Shown one piece after another: positions 24,799 to 37,816 of a stretch of DNA of 64,000 nucleotides. Every line of letters begins with the position of its first letter. Within the stretch, counting starts at the first letter, position 1. The stretch is taken from NCBI GenBank assembly GCA_052327205.1, contig CM126204.1, forward strand, positions 34,658,001 to 34,722,000, written 5' to 3'. The DNA is from Somniosus microcephalus (Eukaryota). A program made the position numbers and the translations under genes. Under the pieces are notes generated by a model that searched no databases, was not told where the DNA came from, and saw only the letters and a program-made list of their open reading frames with translations.

Positions 24799-27302
24799 AA
24801 GGGTACCTAATTAAATGTAGTAAGTTAAGGGAAGGGAGGCTGAACGAGTGGCATGCCAACCCAACTTGGTGAGCAACAAGCTCGCATAAGAGAAAAATAC
24901 TATTTCTGACCAGCGTGTTCTCAAATACTTTAATGATGCTCTGCTTGCTCCCTTCAATGTGCAATTTATCGTCAGTAAATGCCTGATAAGACTATCCTGG
25001 TGAGCTCAACTCTCTTTGCCTTTGGCTGAGAACTTAGAAAGGATGGAGTCTAAATTTGAACTGGGCAATAATTACCTCCAAAGAAGCCCAGATCCCATAG
25101 CGCTGCTCCTTTTAAACAACCAGACACAGGCACATTCATGTATACACACATGCGCGCGCACACACACACACAACGTGCATACACAGGCTTTCACTCTAAT
25201 GATTTAACCACTGTCAATAAAGTAGTCAATTGTGAATATTAATGATTAGAGAGGAATGCTGGCCACATGAGATGGGTCTGCGAAATGGTGAAATCCAACA
25301 TCAGCTTAGACACAACCAGGGACAGCAGAAGTAGGACCGTGAGTAACCTGTCTCAATGTGGCTTGTGTGTCTGTACAAGCCTGACGGTGAGGTGGCAACC
25401 AGCTTCACATCTCTCCCGATGTTTATCTCCATTGAAGTCGACGGAAATAAAATGCGGGAGGAATGTAAAACGGAATGCCAACTCACTATCACCCATTTTA
25501 CACTATCGCACCAAGTCAAGACCTAAACCCCATGTTTAACCTCAGTGACATCAGACCTGCCAGCTCACCACAGTCATCTTCGCAGTCTATTCCCATGCTG
25601 CTAGGAGGCCAGCTGATACACATCCAATATCAAACTCTAGGATGATTAGATCTGTTGATTAAGGATCTCACTTCCGTTCTAGTTCACATCTGATGAGGTG
25701 GACCTCCCCAAGTGTGTGAACATTACTGGGAGAAACACTGGTCACCCAGTCCAACATGTAGCGACACTGGACTTGCATACTAGTTTCTTTTTCATTAACA
25801 GCAGCCATTATCTAACAACAAACAAACGGAATCCTTAATTAGTCAATGGGACTCTCTGTTGATCGGATCTCTCACCTTTGGGATTGAAAGGGTAGAATTG
25901 TTTGCGCTGGTAAAATAATGAACGTTTGCTTCTAACCAGTGAACCACATCACATGGTTAAGGCTGGTGCTGACTAGCTCTAATAGGTTGTGCAGCATAAT
26001 ACGAGTAAGTTTTGTGCCATTTTGAGCATGTGGGTTAACAGGAAAAGATCTCCGTTAACTGATATAATTAACAGCAGAATTAAATGTGAAAGCATTGTAT
26101 TTCCGCCCCCCCACCAAAAAACAATTTACTCTAATCCTTACTGTGAATAATTAACCTACACTCGCAGAAGGAAATTGTAAAAATAGAAACGTCTATCAAC
26201 TTGTTGCCCTGTTTATTAATACAGTTGTTCACAGCTGAACACACTGAACTGAATGATGAACCCTCTGCTCTTCAGGTATATGTAATGCAAAGATACCGTG
26301 TTTGGGAGCATCTCCAGTAAAACATAAGAAACAACCACATTTACGGAGCCAGCAGAAGCATTATTCCAGGATCTCGCTCGAGAAACAGTGATGCATTTAA
26401 TAATGGATAATTCAAGGGATGGGGATGGAGAAGGTGGCAGCTGACAGGGGGCTGGATGAGTTTGATGACTGAACTGTGCGTTTCTTACTCCACGGATTCT
26501 TAGGAGTCAACATTGTGTGACTTCAATGAGGGGAAGCACTCTTGAGTAATCAGATCTACCGTGCAGTCTCGCTCTGGCTTCTTCTGACTGGACCTTCAAT
26601 GTAACATTCATGCTTTAAGAAACCACGTTAAAACAAACAAACACACAGCGTCTCTGGAGCACGCCCTCTGACTGGAACACACTCGCTGAATGGCTCCCGG
26701 GAGGGCGGAGAGGGTGGGCAGGCAGCTTCGCACAGAGATCCAACTCTGACTTCACTGCCAATAATTTAAACGGCGTGCGCTTGGAACAAACTGGCATCTT
26801 AATCCAACAACATTTCCAAAGAGCCCAGCGTATGCCGTTTACTTACGGTATGCCAATCTACCCCACCTTGTCTTTGGACGAGAGCTAATACTGAATGTTC
26901 TCATGTGACCGTGCGGCTAACTATGAAATCTAACCATTAGAGGCAATGAACAGTATCTCGCAGCTACCACAGAGGAAGAAAACACAGTACTTACAAAGCA
27001 AGCTAAGAAAGCAACCATGTACAGGCAGGGTGAGCTGGGATGAGAAGTAATGAGGACACGTTCACGTGTCTTTGGCTCAGGCTGCCTGAGCTCCGATCGT
27101 CAAGCGCTGGAAAGTCTGACCGAGAGAGAGTTCTCCCTTCCTAGATCCAGTCGCTGCAGTAGCTACAAGGACAGCGGAGCTTGTTGGCTCAGTATGTCGC
27201 TCGGGACAGATGTTAAACCGAGGTCCCGCCTGCTTCTTCAGGTGTCTCAGGGGGACGCCGAAGATCCCCTGGCACTATTCCAAGAAGAGCTCTCCCTCTA
27301 TT

Positions 27303-28315
27303 TCAGCTGTGGCTCAGTTGGGAGCACACTCGCCTCTGAGTCTGAAGGCTGTGGGTACAAGTCCCACTCCAGGGGCTTGAGCACATAAAGCTAGGCTGAC
27401 ACTCCAGTGCAGTGCTGAGGGAGTGCTGCACTGTCGGAGGTGCCGTCTTTCGGATGAGACGTTAAACCGAGGCCCCGTCTGCTCTCCCAGGTGGACATAA
27501 AAGATCCCATGGCACTATTTCGAAGAAGAGCAGGGGAGTTGTCCCTGGTGTACTAGCCAATATTTGTCCCTCAGTCAACATAACAAAAAAAGATTATCAG
27601 GGCATTATCTTGTTGAATTTTTTGGGAGCTTACTGTGCGCAAATTCAAATGAAATCAAATCAAATCAACTTTTATTGTCATTGTTAGTGCACAAGTGCAG
27701 TACAACGAAATGTAGGCTTGCGGCTCCCGAGAGTGTACAATTTGGATTAGGACACTTAAACAATCAACATACATTTATACATTTGGCTTGCAGTATATTA
27801 GCATAAATATGACCATAATAAAGTGCATTGGCAGATGTGCAGGCTTTAGTGTTTATTTGTGGAGTTCAGTAGGATGACAGCCCTGGGAAAGAAGCTGTTC
27901 CTAAATCTGGTCGTACGGGTGCGAATGCATCTGTAGCGTCTCCCAGATGGTAGGAGGGCGAACAGACTGTGGCTGGGGTGGGTAGGGTCTTTGATGATGG
28001 ACCATGCCCTCCGTAGGCAGTGTTTCTGATATATATGCTCTATGGTTGGTAGCCGGGTGCCGGTAATGCGTTGGGCAGTTTTGACTACCCGCTGCAGGGC
28101 TTTCCGGTCATGGGAGCTACAGCTGCCATACCATACCGTGATACAGTTTGTCAGGATGCTCTCTATAGTGCAGCGGTAGAAGTTAGAGAGGATCAGGGGT
28201 TGCCTGCTGTGTTGCCTACAACAGCGACTACACTTCAAAAATTACTTCATTGGCTGTAAAGCGCTTTGGGACGTCCGGTGGTCATGAAAGGCGCTACAGA
28301 AATGCAAGTCTTTCT
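27303..28315 (+). mobile_element. SacSINE1-type Deu-SINE (27303-27645 and 28199-28315) split by a Rex1/Babar LINE
   Basis: The head and Deu core lie left of the insertion and the tail CACTTCAAAA..CATTGGCTGTAAAGCGCTTTGGGACG..AAATGCAAGTCTTT lies to its right. Confidence 0.85.
27646..28198 (-). mobile_element. Rex1/Babar LINE 3' end, (ATTTG)n tail
   Basis: FYRCTIESILTNCITVWYG...DRKALQRVVKTAQRITG...IIKDPTHPSHSLFALLPSGRRYR...RNSFFP is a characteristic Rex-Babar C-terminus. Confidence 0.88.
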
Positions 28316-29905
28316 GTCCCTGGCCAACATTCCTCCCTCAACCACGAAAAAATAGATGAACTGGTCATTTGCTTCATTACTGTTTGTCGCTGGCACAGTT
28401 ACGGCTGCTACGCTTGCCTACATAACAATAATCACTGCGCTCTAGTTCATTGCGTCCAGCATGGTTGAGATATTTTTTGATGTGATAAGGCGTTATGCAA
28501 TGGAAGTGTTATTACTTTTATTGTTATTGAAAGAAGCAGCTCTGGGGCATTGGCCAAACTGGTGCTGCGGGCAAGCAGCAGCTAGCTACCCTCAGCCTGT
28601 AATCTTGGCTGTCGGGTAGAAGAGCTGGAAGCACTGCAAGCCCTCCTCCTCTACCTTCCAGCATCGCCCCTCGGCAGCAGGAAACATTGAGTACATAAAC
28701 AGCCACAGCCTGGCGCCAGCTCCTACACTCCAGCAGAACACCATTCAGCGGCCAAGTTTAGAGAGTGATCAGGTGGGGGGGCGGAGAAAGAAAAGACCTC
28801 TCAACAGTCTCGAGAATGTTGTGCAGCAGCATTTAAAAAAAACAAGTTTGCTGTAGCGTGGCTAAATCTGATAGACAGGTATGTTAATTGTGCGTGACAG
28901 AATGTGATGGCACGCATTTGTCTAGTTTACCCCACCATAGGTAGGAAGTCGAAGTCAAGAGTCTGAATAAAAACAATGTTGGTGAGACACTTCTAATATA
29001 TAGTTTCTTATCAGTGTAGGCTGCCTCGTTCCACTGGAGGGGAAATCCAATTGAAATTTTGCTGATAAGTTTTTTTCTCCGAAACACTTGTTATTTATGT
29101 TGACGCCAGGGTTTGATCATTGTTTTGTTCAGACACTTTGTCTGTTTGAATGCGGCCAGTCAACCGCATCCCACCTCGGTGGGTTTTTTGTTACTTGAGG
29201 TTTGCTTGTTAGGAAATAGGCGGAGGTCCTGAGATGGCACACAGTAATAACGGTTCTCCCTCTCTCCTCTCCCAAAGGCGTCGACTCCTTTCCGGGTTTC
29301 CTGTCTCCCCTTTTCATCATTTGTCTGCCTTCTGAGGTCACCCTCCACTGCCTTGCCCAGGTGGCCCTTATTCGTACACGAGCCCGGGCAGTCTATTCGA
29401 CCGCGGGAGAGGCTGAAACTGGACCCGATGCCGTCCTCGCCCGGTGACAAGCGCACGCAGTTTCTAGCGGGAGTCAATGGATAATGTTCCAGAGAGAGAG
29501 AATCCTGGCAGAGCTTCCTTCTCCAACCGAAAGGTGCCAAGGGCAATGGTAACACTCCGACCTCAGCTCCAACTAAGATCAGCTAACTCAGTATAGAACA
29601 AGAATTGAACCCGTCACCTTCCTGTCTGTTGGTTCAGCTACTCACTACCTTAATCAGGCAAGTTTGGTAGGATGCATCTTGTAACTTGGTTAAAAAAAAG
29701 GTAGAAATAAAGAAGTGCATTCCTTCATGCCATAGCTCAGCCAAGAGAGGGCAGGTTGAGTGGTTGGGTGTCTGATCTTAATCCTCTGCCAAGCCTCCTC
29801 TCCACAACAGGCCATGAGAGGAATTTTCGCAGAGGATTAGGCAGCCATTTTGAGGGTAACATCTTGCCTTCCCTCCCTGTGGGTGTATCCCGTTGTCATC
29901 CTTCG

Positions 29906-31165
29906 CTGTGGGAGCAGCACCCTGTCCTCCTCTCCTGCGGGAGCAGCACCTTGTCCTCCTCTCCTGTGGGGGTAGCACCTTGTCCTCCTCTCCTGTGGGA
30001 GCAGCACCTTGTCCTCCTCTCCTGTGGGAGCAGCACCTTGTCCTCCTCTCCTGTGGGAGCAGCACCTTGTCCTCCTCTCCTGTGGGAGCAGCACCTTGTC
30101 CTCCTCTCCTGTGGGAGCAGCACCCTGTCCTCCTCTCCTGTGGGAGCAGCACCTTGTCCTCCTCTCCTGTGGGAGCAGCACCTTGTCCTCCTCTCCTGTG
30201 GGAGCAGCACCTTGTCCTCCTCTCCTGTAGGGGCAGCACCTTGTCCTCCTCTCCTGTGGGAGCAGCACCTTGTCCTCCTCTCCTGTAGGAGCAGCACCTT
30301 GTCCTCCTCTCCTGTGGGAGCAGCACCTTGTCCTCCTCTCCTGTGGGAGCAGCACCTTGTCCTCCTCTCCTGTGGGAGCAGCACCTTGTCCTCCTCTCCT
30401 GTGGGAGCAGCACCCTGTCCTCCTCTCCTGTGGGAGCAGCACCTTGTCCTCCTCTCCTGTGGGAGCAGCACCTTGTCCTCCTCTCCTGTGGGAGCAGCAC
30501 CCTGTCCTCCTCTCCTGTAGGGGTAGCACCCTGTCCTCCTCTCCTGTAGGGGTAGCACCCTGCCCTCCTCTCCTGTGGGAGCAGCACCTTGTCCTCCTCT
30601 CCTGTGGGAGCAGCACCTTGTCCTCCTCTCCTGTGGGAGCAGCACCTTGTCCTCCTCTCCTGTGGGAGCAGCACCCTGTCCTCCTCTCCTGTAGGGGTAG
30701 CACCCTGTCCTCCTCTCCTGTAGGGGTAGCACCTTGTCCTCCTCTCCTGTGGGAGCAGCACCTTGTCCTCCTCTCCTGTGGGAGCAGCACCTTGTCCTCC
30801 TCTCCTGCGGGAGCAGCACCTTGTCCTCCTCTCCTGCGGGGGCAGCACCTTGTCCTCCTCTCCTGCGGGAGCAGCACCTTGTCCTCCTCTCCTGCGGGAG
30901 CAGCACCTTGTCCTCCTCTCCTGTGGGAGCAGCACCTTGTCCTCCTCTCCTGTGGGAGCAGCACCTTGTCCTCCTCTCCTGTGGGAGCAGCACCTTGTCC
31001 TCCTCTCCTGTAGGGGTAGCACCTTGTCCTCCTCTCCTGCGGGAGCAGCACCTTGTCCTCCTCTCCTGTGGGAGCAGCACCTTGTCCTCCTCTCCTGTAG
31101 GGGTAGCACCTTGTCCTCCTCTCCTGCGGGAGCAGCACCTTGTCCTCCTTTACTGTGGGAGTAAC
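29906..31165. repeat. Minisatellite, 29-bp unit CTGTGGGAGCAGCACCTTGTCCTCCTCTC, about 43 copies
   Basis: Direct tandem array with a few variant units (GCGGG, TAGGGGTA, CCCTG). Confidence 0.98.
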
Positions 31166-32609
31166 ACCTTTTCCGGGACAGGTATGATGAGCCGAATGGC
31201 CTCCTTCTGTGCTGTATGATTCTACATCCTCTTCCCCCTCCCCAAGGCAACTGCGGTAAAACAGGGCACAGGATCCGGCTGTGACACTGGGCATCTCTTG
31301 CCCCCAGTTCACAAAAGAGGCAAATAACTTTATCTTTTCTTCAACATATCTGTCAATTGAGCTGGCTCATAAAGAAATAAATCTTGTAATTTTGAAGGGG
31401 TGGCGACGGGGGGCGGTATTGGGATGGAGGTCCGGAAACATGCAGGATATTGTTATCAGCCTCCAGCAGTTCATGGTAAAGTGACACAGGATGCCACAGA
31501 TTATATTTTAGCCCTTCAAATTTCATGCAACTCTTGAATTTAAAAAAAGTAATTTACATCTGTGGCTCGGGTTATGCTGTGAGATTCTACTCATCATTTG
31601 CTCACATTCCTCTTGTCACTGGTATCTGAAAATGACCTGTGCTTCATTAATTCTCCCCGGTCCTAATTGTTTTTCATTCCTCTCCTTCAGGCTGTGGCTA
31701 TGGTGCCACGGATGCCGGAGGCAGGGGAGGGGGTGTTCGGTATCACTTCCCAGTGATGAGTATTCACACGCATGTCGAAATGGTGAATGATGGTAGGCTA
31801 TGCCATTGTGGTGAGGAGATCGGAGCCATCCAGGTCCAATCCTGTCCTTATACATACATAGACGTTAGAACACAGAAATAGGCCACCCCCCACCCCCAGT
31901 TCATGTAGGCATTTACCCTCCACACGAGCAAATAGTCCTAACCTCCTTTACACCACCCTATACCCATATCCCTTCATTCCCCCCTTTTCCTTCATCCATC
32001 TATCTAATCTAATTTACATGCAGCTAGAATTCTTGCCTCAACCACTAACCCTGGAATTAAATTCCACAGCCCCACAGCTCTCTGTGTAAAGGAGTTTCTC
32101 CTGCCCTCTGTAGAAATCTCTTACAGTTAACTTTTTTTTATCTACGGCCCCATAACTACAGGAAACAGTCTGCTTCTATCTACCCCGTCCCAGCCTTTCA
32201 TCATTCTAAACAGATCTATCATATCGCCTCGTAATCTGCCTTGTTCGGACAAGAAAAAACCCAAATTTTTCAAGTCTTTCCTCATATTCATACTTCCACA
32301 GAGTGGGCAGCAGCTTAGTCAATCTGGGTTGCACCCTCTCTAATGCTTAATATCTTTTCTATAGCGTGGAGTCCAATACTGCACACAGCACTCTAACTGA
32401 GGTCTTACAAGTTTTATATAGGATCATCATTACCTCTTGGCTGTTGTACTCTATACCTCTTGTGATAAAACCAAGAATTCCACAAGCTTTTTTTTACAGC
32501 CCTATCAACCTGAGGTACTTCCTGTGAACATGTACCCCCAAATCCCTCTGCTCGTCCCTGATATACCTATCAATTCATCCAATGAAAAGCGACGAGTTAA
32601 GAAAGTAAC

Positions 32610-32889
32610 TGATATGCCTATCAATTAGTCCAATAAAAGGCGACGAGTTAAGAACGTAACTGAAGGTTTTTATTGGCTAAATAACAGAGCCCACCCTCGT
32701 GGGTGATCCGATCCAACAGGGAGGAATACTAGCCAGTCAGCTACCTTTATACCTGGGCAGGTAATGGGCGGAGTCGGAGGTGGTCAGCCCAGGTATAACA
32801 GTGCGACAAGAGGCGACCTCGTGTAGTGATGTGACAGTGAGAACAGTGAGAACAATATACAGTGATAACTATAACAGTGGTTTACCACA
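32610..32889 (-). mobile_element. Solo LTR of a sister subfamily nested in the 3' LTR
   Basis: TGATATGCC...TTACCACA flanked by TSD GTAAC (32605-32609 and 32890-32894). Removing it restores GAAAGTAACTATAGG as in the other LTR. Confidence 0.9.
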
Positions 32890-33207
32890 GTAACTATAGG
32901 TTTTTATTGGCTAAGTAACAGAGCCCACCCTCGTGGGTGATCGGATACAACAAGGAGGAATGCCAGCCAGTCAACTACCTTTATACCTGGGCAGGTAGGT
33001 GGAGTCATGGGCGGAGTCAGCAGTGGTCAGCCCAGGTATAGCAGCGTGACAAGAGGCGACCTCGTATAGTGATACAACAGTGTGAACAGTGATAACCATA
33101 GAGTAACGATATAACAGTGATAACTATAGTGTAACGATAGTGAACGATAAAAGTGGTTTACCACATTCACCCCTTGTTTAGATTTGAGTCCGGCGGGGTG
33201 AAGTGTA

Positions 33208-34170
33208 CTACCAGTTCTGGTATGTCAGTCTGTCCGGAGGCCTCGTAAGCCTTTCTGATCGTCGCAGCGGCGGTGTTGCATTATCCGGTGTTAATGCTGG
33301 TGTCTGCGTGGTCGGCGAAGGCTCGTGGGGTTCCGGCATGCCGTCTACCTGGGCTGGAATTGGGGGGGTGGTGGGGGGGGGGTGAAGGTGGTGTCTCCGG
33401 AGTGCCCGAGGGTGCGAGGTCTCGTAAGGAGACTGTGTCCTCCCGCCCGTCTGGGTATGCCACATAGGCGTACTGGGGGTTGGCGTGCAGGAGGTCCACC
33501 CTCTCGGCCAGGGGGTCCGTTTTATGGGCCCTCACGTGCTTTCGCAGCAAGACGGGCCCCGGAGAGGTCAGCCAGGTTGGTAGCGTGGTTCCCGTAGTCG
33601 ACTTCCTGGGGAAAGCAAACATTCGTTCATGGGGGGTGGCGTTGATGGCAGTGCAAAGTAGTGACCGGGTGGAATGCAGCGCTGCCGGGAGGACTTCCTG
33701 CCAGCGGGAGGTTGGGAGGCCCTTAGACTTTAAGGCTAAGAGGACGGCCTTCCATACCGTCGCGTTCTCTCTTTCCACCTGGCCGTTCCCTCGGGGGTTG
33801 TAGCTGGTGGTCCTGCTTGCAGCAATACCTCTCGCTAGTAGGAACTGACGGAGTTCCTCGCTCATGAAGGAGGAGCCCCCGGTCACTATGTATATAGTTT
33901 GGGAACCCGAACAAGGCGAAGAGGTCGTTCAGGCATTTAATGACCGTGGTACTGGTCATGTCTGGGCAGGGGAAGACAAAGGGGAAACGGGAGTACTCAT
34001 CAACAATGTTGAGGAAGTACACATTACGGTCAGAGGACGGGAGGGGCCCCTTAAAGTCGATGCTCAGGCGCTCGAAGGGGCGGGTGGCCTTGATCAGGCT
34101 TGCTCTGTCCGGCCTAAAGAAGTGCGGTTTGCACTCGGCACAGGTCTGGCAGTTCCTGGTCATGGTCCTG
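33208..34170 (-). pseudogene. Gypsy integrase remnant (end of zinc finger, rve core, C-terminus) with two frameshifts
   Basis: C..C, RPFERLSIDFKGP, VDEYSRFPF, HSDRG/SSFMS, YNPRGNGQVER and terminal LRRSERLTRPPDRL. Frameshifts fall at homopolymers near 33878 and 33375. Confidence 0.9.
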
Positions 34171-34795
34171 ACCCACGAGGGTGGGCTCTGTTATTTAGCC
34201 AATAAAATTGATATACCTATCAATTCATCCAATGAAAAGCGACGAGTTAAGAAAGTAACTATAGGTTTTTATTGGCTAAATAACAGAGCCCACCCTCGTG
34301 GGTGATCGGATACAACAAGGAGGAATGCCAGCCAGTCGACTACCTTTATACCTGGGCAGGTAGGTGGAGTCATGGGCGGAGTCAGCAGTGGTCAGCCCAG
34401 GTATAGCAGCGTGACAAGAGGCAACCTCGTATAGTGATACAACAGTGTGAACAGTGATAACCATAGAGTAACGATATAACAGTGATAACTATAGTGTAAC
34501 GATAGTGAACGATAAAAGTGGTTTACCACAGTCCCCAGGACCGAGCCTGCTTCCATTCACAGTATAGTTATTGCTGTTAATTTTTACGCCAAATATACCA
34601 CCGCCCACTTGCTGACACTGAGTTCCAAACTGCCACCTTTTAGCTCGTTCCCCCATCTTATCAATATTCTTCTGCAGCCCCCCCCCTTTTTGTTTTCTGA
34701 AGAATGAACTGTACCTCCTATTTTAATATCATCTGCAAATTTCAACGCCACTCCCTCTTGGCCTGTATCCAAATCATTGATATATGCCATTGATA

Positions 34796-35450
34796 TACAT
34801 CACGGAAGACCTCTCCTGGTCCCTCAATACCTCCTCTCTGGTGAAGAAGGCCCAGCAGCGCCTATATTTCCTAAGGAGGCTGAAGGGATGTAACCTGTCA
34901 CCCCTGATCCTCTCTAACTTTTACCGCTGCACAATAGAGAGCATCCTGACGAACTGTATCACAGTATGGTATGGCAGCTGTAGCTACTATGACCGGAAAG
35001 CCCTGCAGCGGGTAGTCAAAACTGCCCAACGCATTACCGGCACCCGGCTACCGACCATAGAGCACATATACCAGAAACGCTGTTTACGGAGGTCATGGAC
35101 CATCATCAAAGACCCTACCCACCCCAGCCACAGTCTGTTCGCCCTCCTGCCATCTGGGAGACGCTACAGATGCATTCGCACCCGTACGACCAGATTTAGG
35201 AACAGCTTCTTTCCCAGGGCTGTCATCCTACTGAACTCCACAAATAAACTCTAAAGCCTGCACATCTGCCAATGCACTTTATTATGGTTATGTTTATGTT
35301 AATGTATTACAAGCCAAATGTATGTTGAATGTTTAAATGTCTTAATCTAAATGTACTCTCTCGGGAGCCGCAAGCCTACATTTCGTTGTACTGCACTTGT
35401 GCACTAACAATGACAATAAAGTTGATTATGATTATGATTATGATTATGAT
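34796..35450 (+). mobile_element. Rex1/Babar LINE 3' end, (ATTATG)n tail
   Basis: EDLSWSLNTSSLVKKAQQRLYFLRRLK...FYRCTIESILT ORF, open to its stop, then AATAAA and ATTATG repeats. Confidence 0.9.
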
Positions 35451-35747
35451 GAACACACACACACAAATGTTTCAGCAGGTTCGCAGTGTAAACTTTAAGG
35501 GGCAGGAACCCAGGGTAATGCGTTACTCTCCATAGCCCCGGGACATGGACATCAAATGTTGCATCTCCAATGTCACCCCAGCTGAGATCAGCCAATTCGC
35601 CACTGACCAGGGATCGGTCCTGGGATCTTCAATCAGACTGTCTCGTGACACCACTGTGTCAGCCAACAAGTTGCACATTGTCAGCCAATGACTTGGAGGC
35701 GGGGCGGGGCTTATGGCAAGGCTCACAGCAAACAGTCTATTTTACTG

Positions 35748-35982
35748 CAACAACAGCTTGCATTTATATAGCGCCTTTAACGTCGTACAACGTCCCAAAG
35801 CGCGTTACCCAACAAAATTTGGCACCGAGCCACAGAAGGAGATATGACAGATGAGGGAGGTTTTAAGGAGCGTCTTAAAGTAGAGAGAGGTAGAGAGGTG
35901 GTGAGGTTTAGGGAGGGAATTTCAGAGCTTAGGGCCTGAAGACACTAAGCAGCTGAAGGCACAGCCGACAATGGTGGAGCAA
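35748..35982 (-). mobile_element. L2 LINE 3' end fragment
   Basis: Reverse complement of the L2 3' end at 47850-48489. Confidence 0.75.
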
Positions 35983-37497
35983 TCACAGCAAAAACAAAGC
36001 CTATTTACTCAGCAGAGTCTGTTTAAACAGTGCACTACAGCCAACAGTCTACAGAGTCTATTTAAAAAAAGTCTCTACAAACTATAGCAAACAGAACTCA
36101 TGCATGGCCAAAACTGCTGCCTCTCTCGATAAAAGCAGGGCGATTTCTCCAGCAAAATGCAGTGAGTGGGGGGTAGTTACACAATACAAATTATGTGCGT
36201 AACATCAATCCCAGTCCCTTACAGCAGTGATTGACGGGGGGAATTAGCCAATCATCTCCATTCTGCCCGGGAATAGTGGTGTCACTCTATTCAGCCATCT
36301 TCAATACCACACCAAGTGACACGCGTATCCCGGACACATGGGTCAGCTACAAGTATATTTATCCATTCTTCCTGTACCTTCATCAAGGGCTGCTGAAGTG
36401 AAGATCTAGTCGGAGTGGATACAAGTAGACTCCCTACTGGACTCTTTTTATACTGGCTCCACAAGATTATTGAATTCCCCCTCCTCCACTGTGCCTGTGA
36501 GAGCATTGGTCTATTAAACTCTACTGCTATGTCGCAGAGGAAAGAGCACCTCAAAAAATGTCGGTGCTGCCACTTTGCGTAGCCATGACAACGTCCTGCA
36601 AGCATAGTGTTCTGCTGGGTACGGCCTCGACCAAAAATATAAATGAGCTTGTTCCCCAAGTGATATGTGAAATTTAAAGCACTAAATATAAGCACTGTGG
36701 CATCCTGCGTCACTTTACCATGACTGAACCCACAGCACAGTTACCATCTCCGACTGGCCACCAGCGGGATGATGGGCAGCTGAGAAAATAGAAGTTGAAG
36801 TACCGAGGGACTCACAATATTCAGGAAAGAAGGGGTAGGGGAGAAAATGGACAAGAGAAAAAAAATATATATCATTTTTTAATTCTGGAAGGAGTGAGGG
36901 TGGTGCAAAAAAGGACGGTAAATTAAATGATTTAAAAGTTCATCGCTTTTTCTGAACAAAGGAAAGATTTTTCACCACTTCTTTAAAAAAAACTTTTTCG
37001 TGTTACAATATGTCATTAGTTATCAGGGAATTTGCAAAGTGTCCAAAAATAAACCATCAACCTTGGAACCGTCCAACCGTCTGACTGGCTGCCTAAGCAT
37101 TCAAAGCCGGCTGCGGCTATGCCCGAGTAGATCGAGAGAAGCCCTTGTGGGGGAGGCTGCGTGTTGCTTCAGCCTGAAGGGGAATTTAAACCATTTTTTG
37201 AAAAAAGAAAACAATTCCATTGTAGGAGTCGTTTTCTTCACTACTTTGAAGGGACAATGGGCCGCACGAACATGTCAGGGCAGATACCGCAATGGGGCCA
37301 CTGAAGAACGTCTGCTCGACTGAAAGACGAGGCCAGTTAATCCCGAGTGTCTGCTTATTAGTACAGAGTCAGCGGGCGGGACGGATGGGGGAATCGGAGC
37401 TATACCTTTATAGCTGTATCTCTGACTCGTGCTCTCACCTAGCAAGACTCCGATACAGGAGCACAGCCTCGCCGACTTTGTCCTCATCTATGTATTA

Positions 37498-37816
37498 CAG
37501 GAAACTTTCTGGTATCCGGCACGGACGGGACCGACGTGGTGCCGATTCATCAACAATTCCGGATAACCGAACGCTATAGTGAAAGATACGGACCTTAGAG
37601 CTCCGTATGAAGCAACAAACCCTGCTTCAGAAGAACGTCCACAAGTTGCAAGCGTCTCTGTAGCTTAGCAACAGCTGCAGCCAAACCCTTGCCTTCCTCA
37701 ATTTGTTGCTGTGCAAGTAATAAAAGTTATAAAAGTTAGCTGAAACCGACTCCTGAATTTTGCCGGTTAACCGACATTTCCGGTTATTTAGGGGCCGGTT
37801 AATCGAAAGTTTCCTG
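37498..37816. mobile_element. Tc1/mariner (Tigger/pogo-like) MITE
   Basis: TA|CAGGAAACTTTC ... GAAAGTTTCCTG|TA. Confidence 0.85.

Larger units (their letters stand above)
32559..34530 (-). mobile_element. Internally deleted Gypsy LTR retrotransposon with both LTRs
   Basis: TSD GTCCC at both ends. LTRs read TGTGGTAAAC...ATATCA (5' LTR 34209-34530; 3' LTR 32559-33165). The PPT AAGGGGTGAA abuts the 3' LTR and integrase is the last domain. Confidence 0.93.
31862..34790 (-). mobile_element. Old CR1 LINE (31862-32558 and 34536-34790) hosting the Gypsy insertion
   Basis: YINDLDTG..LKFADDIKIGG (RT motif) at 34584-34790, with a degraded CR1 3' region left of the LTR element. Confidence 0.7.

Noticed and set aside
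29756-31312. ORFs of 250-490 aa
   Set aside because: They are translations of the 29-bp minisatellite in several frames on both strands, with no protein family signature.
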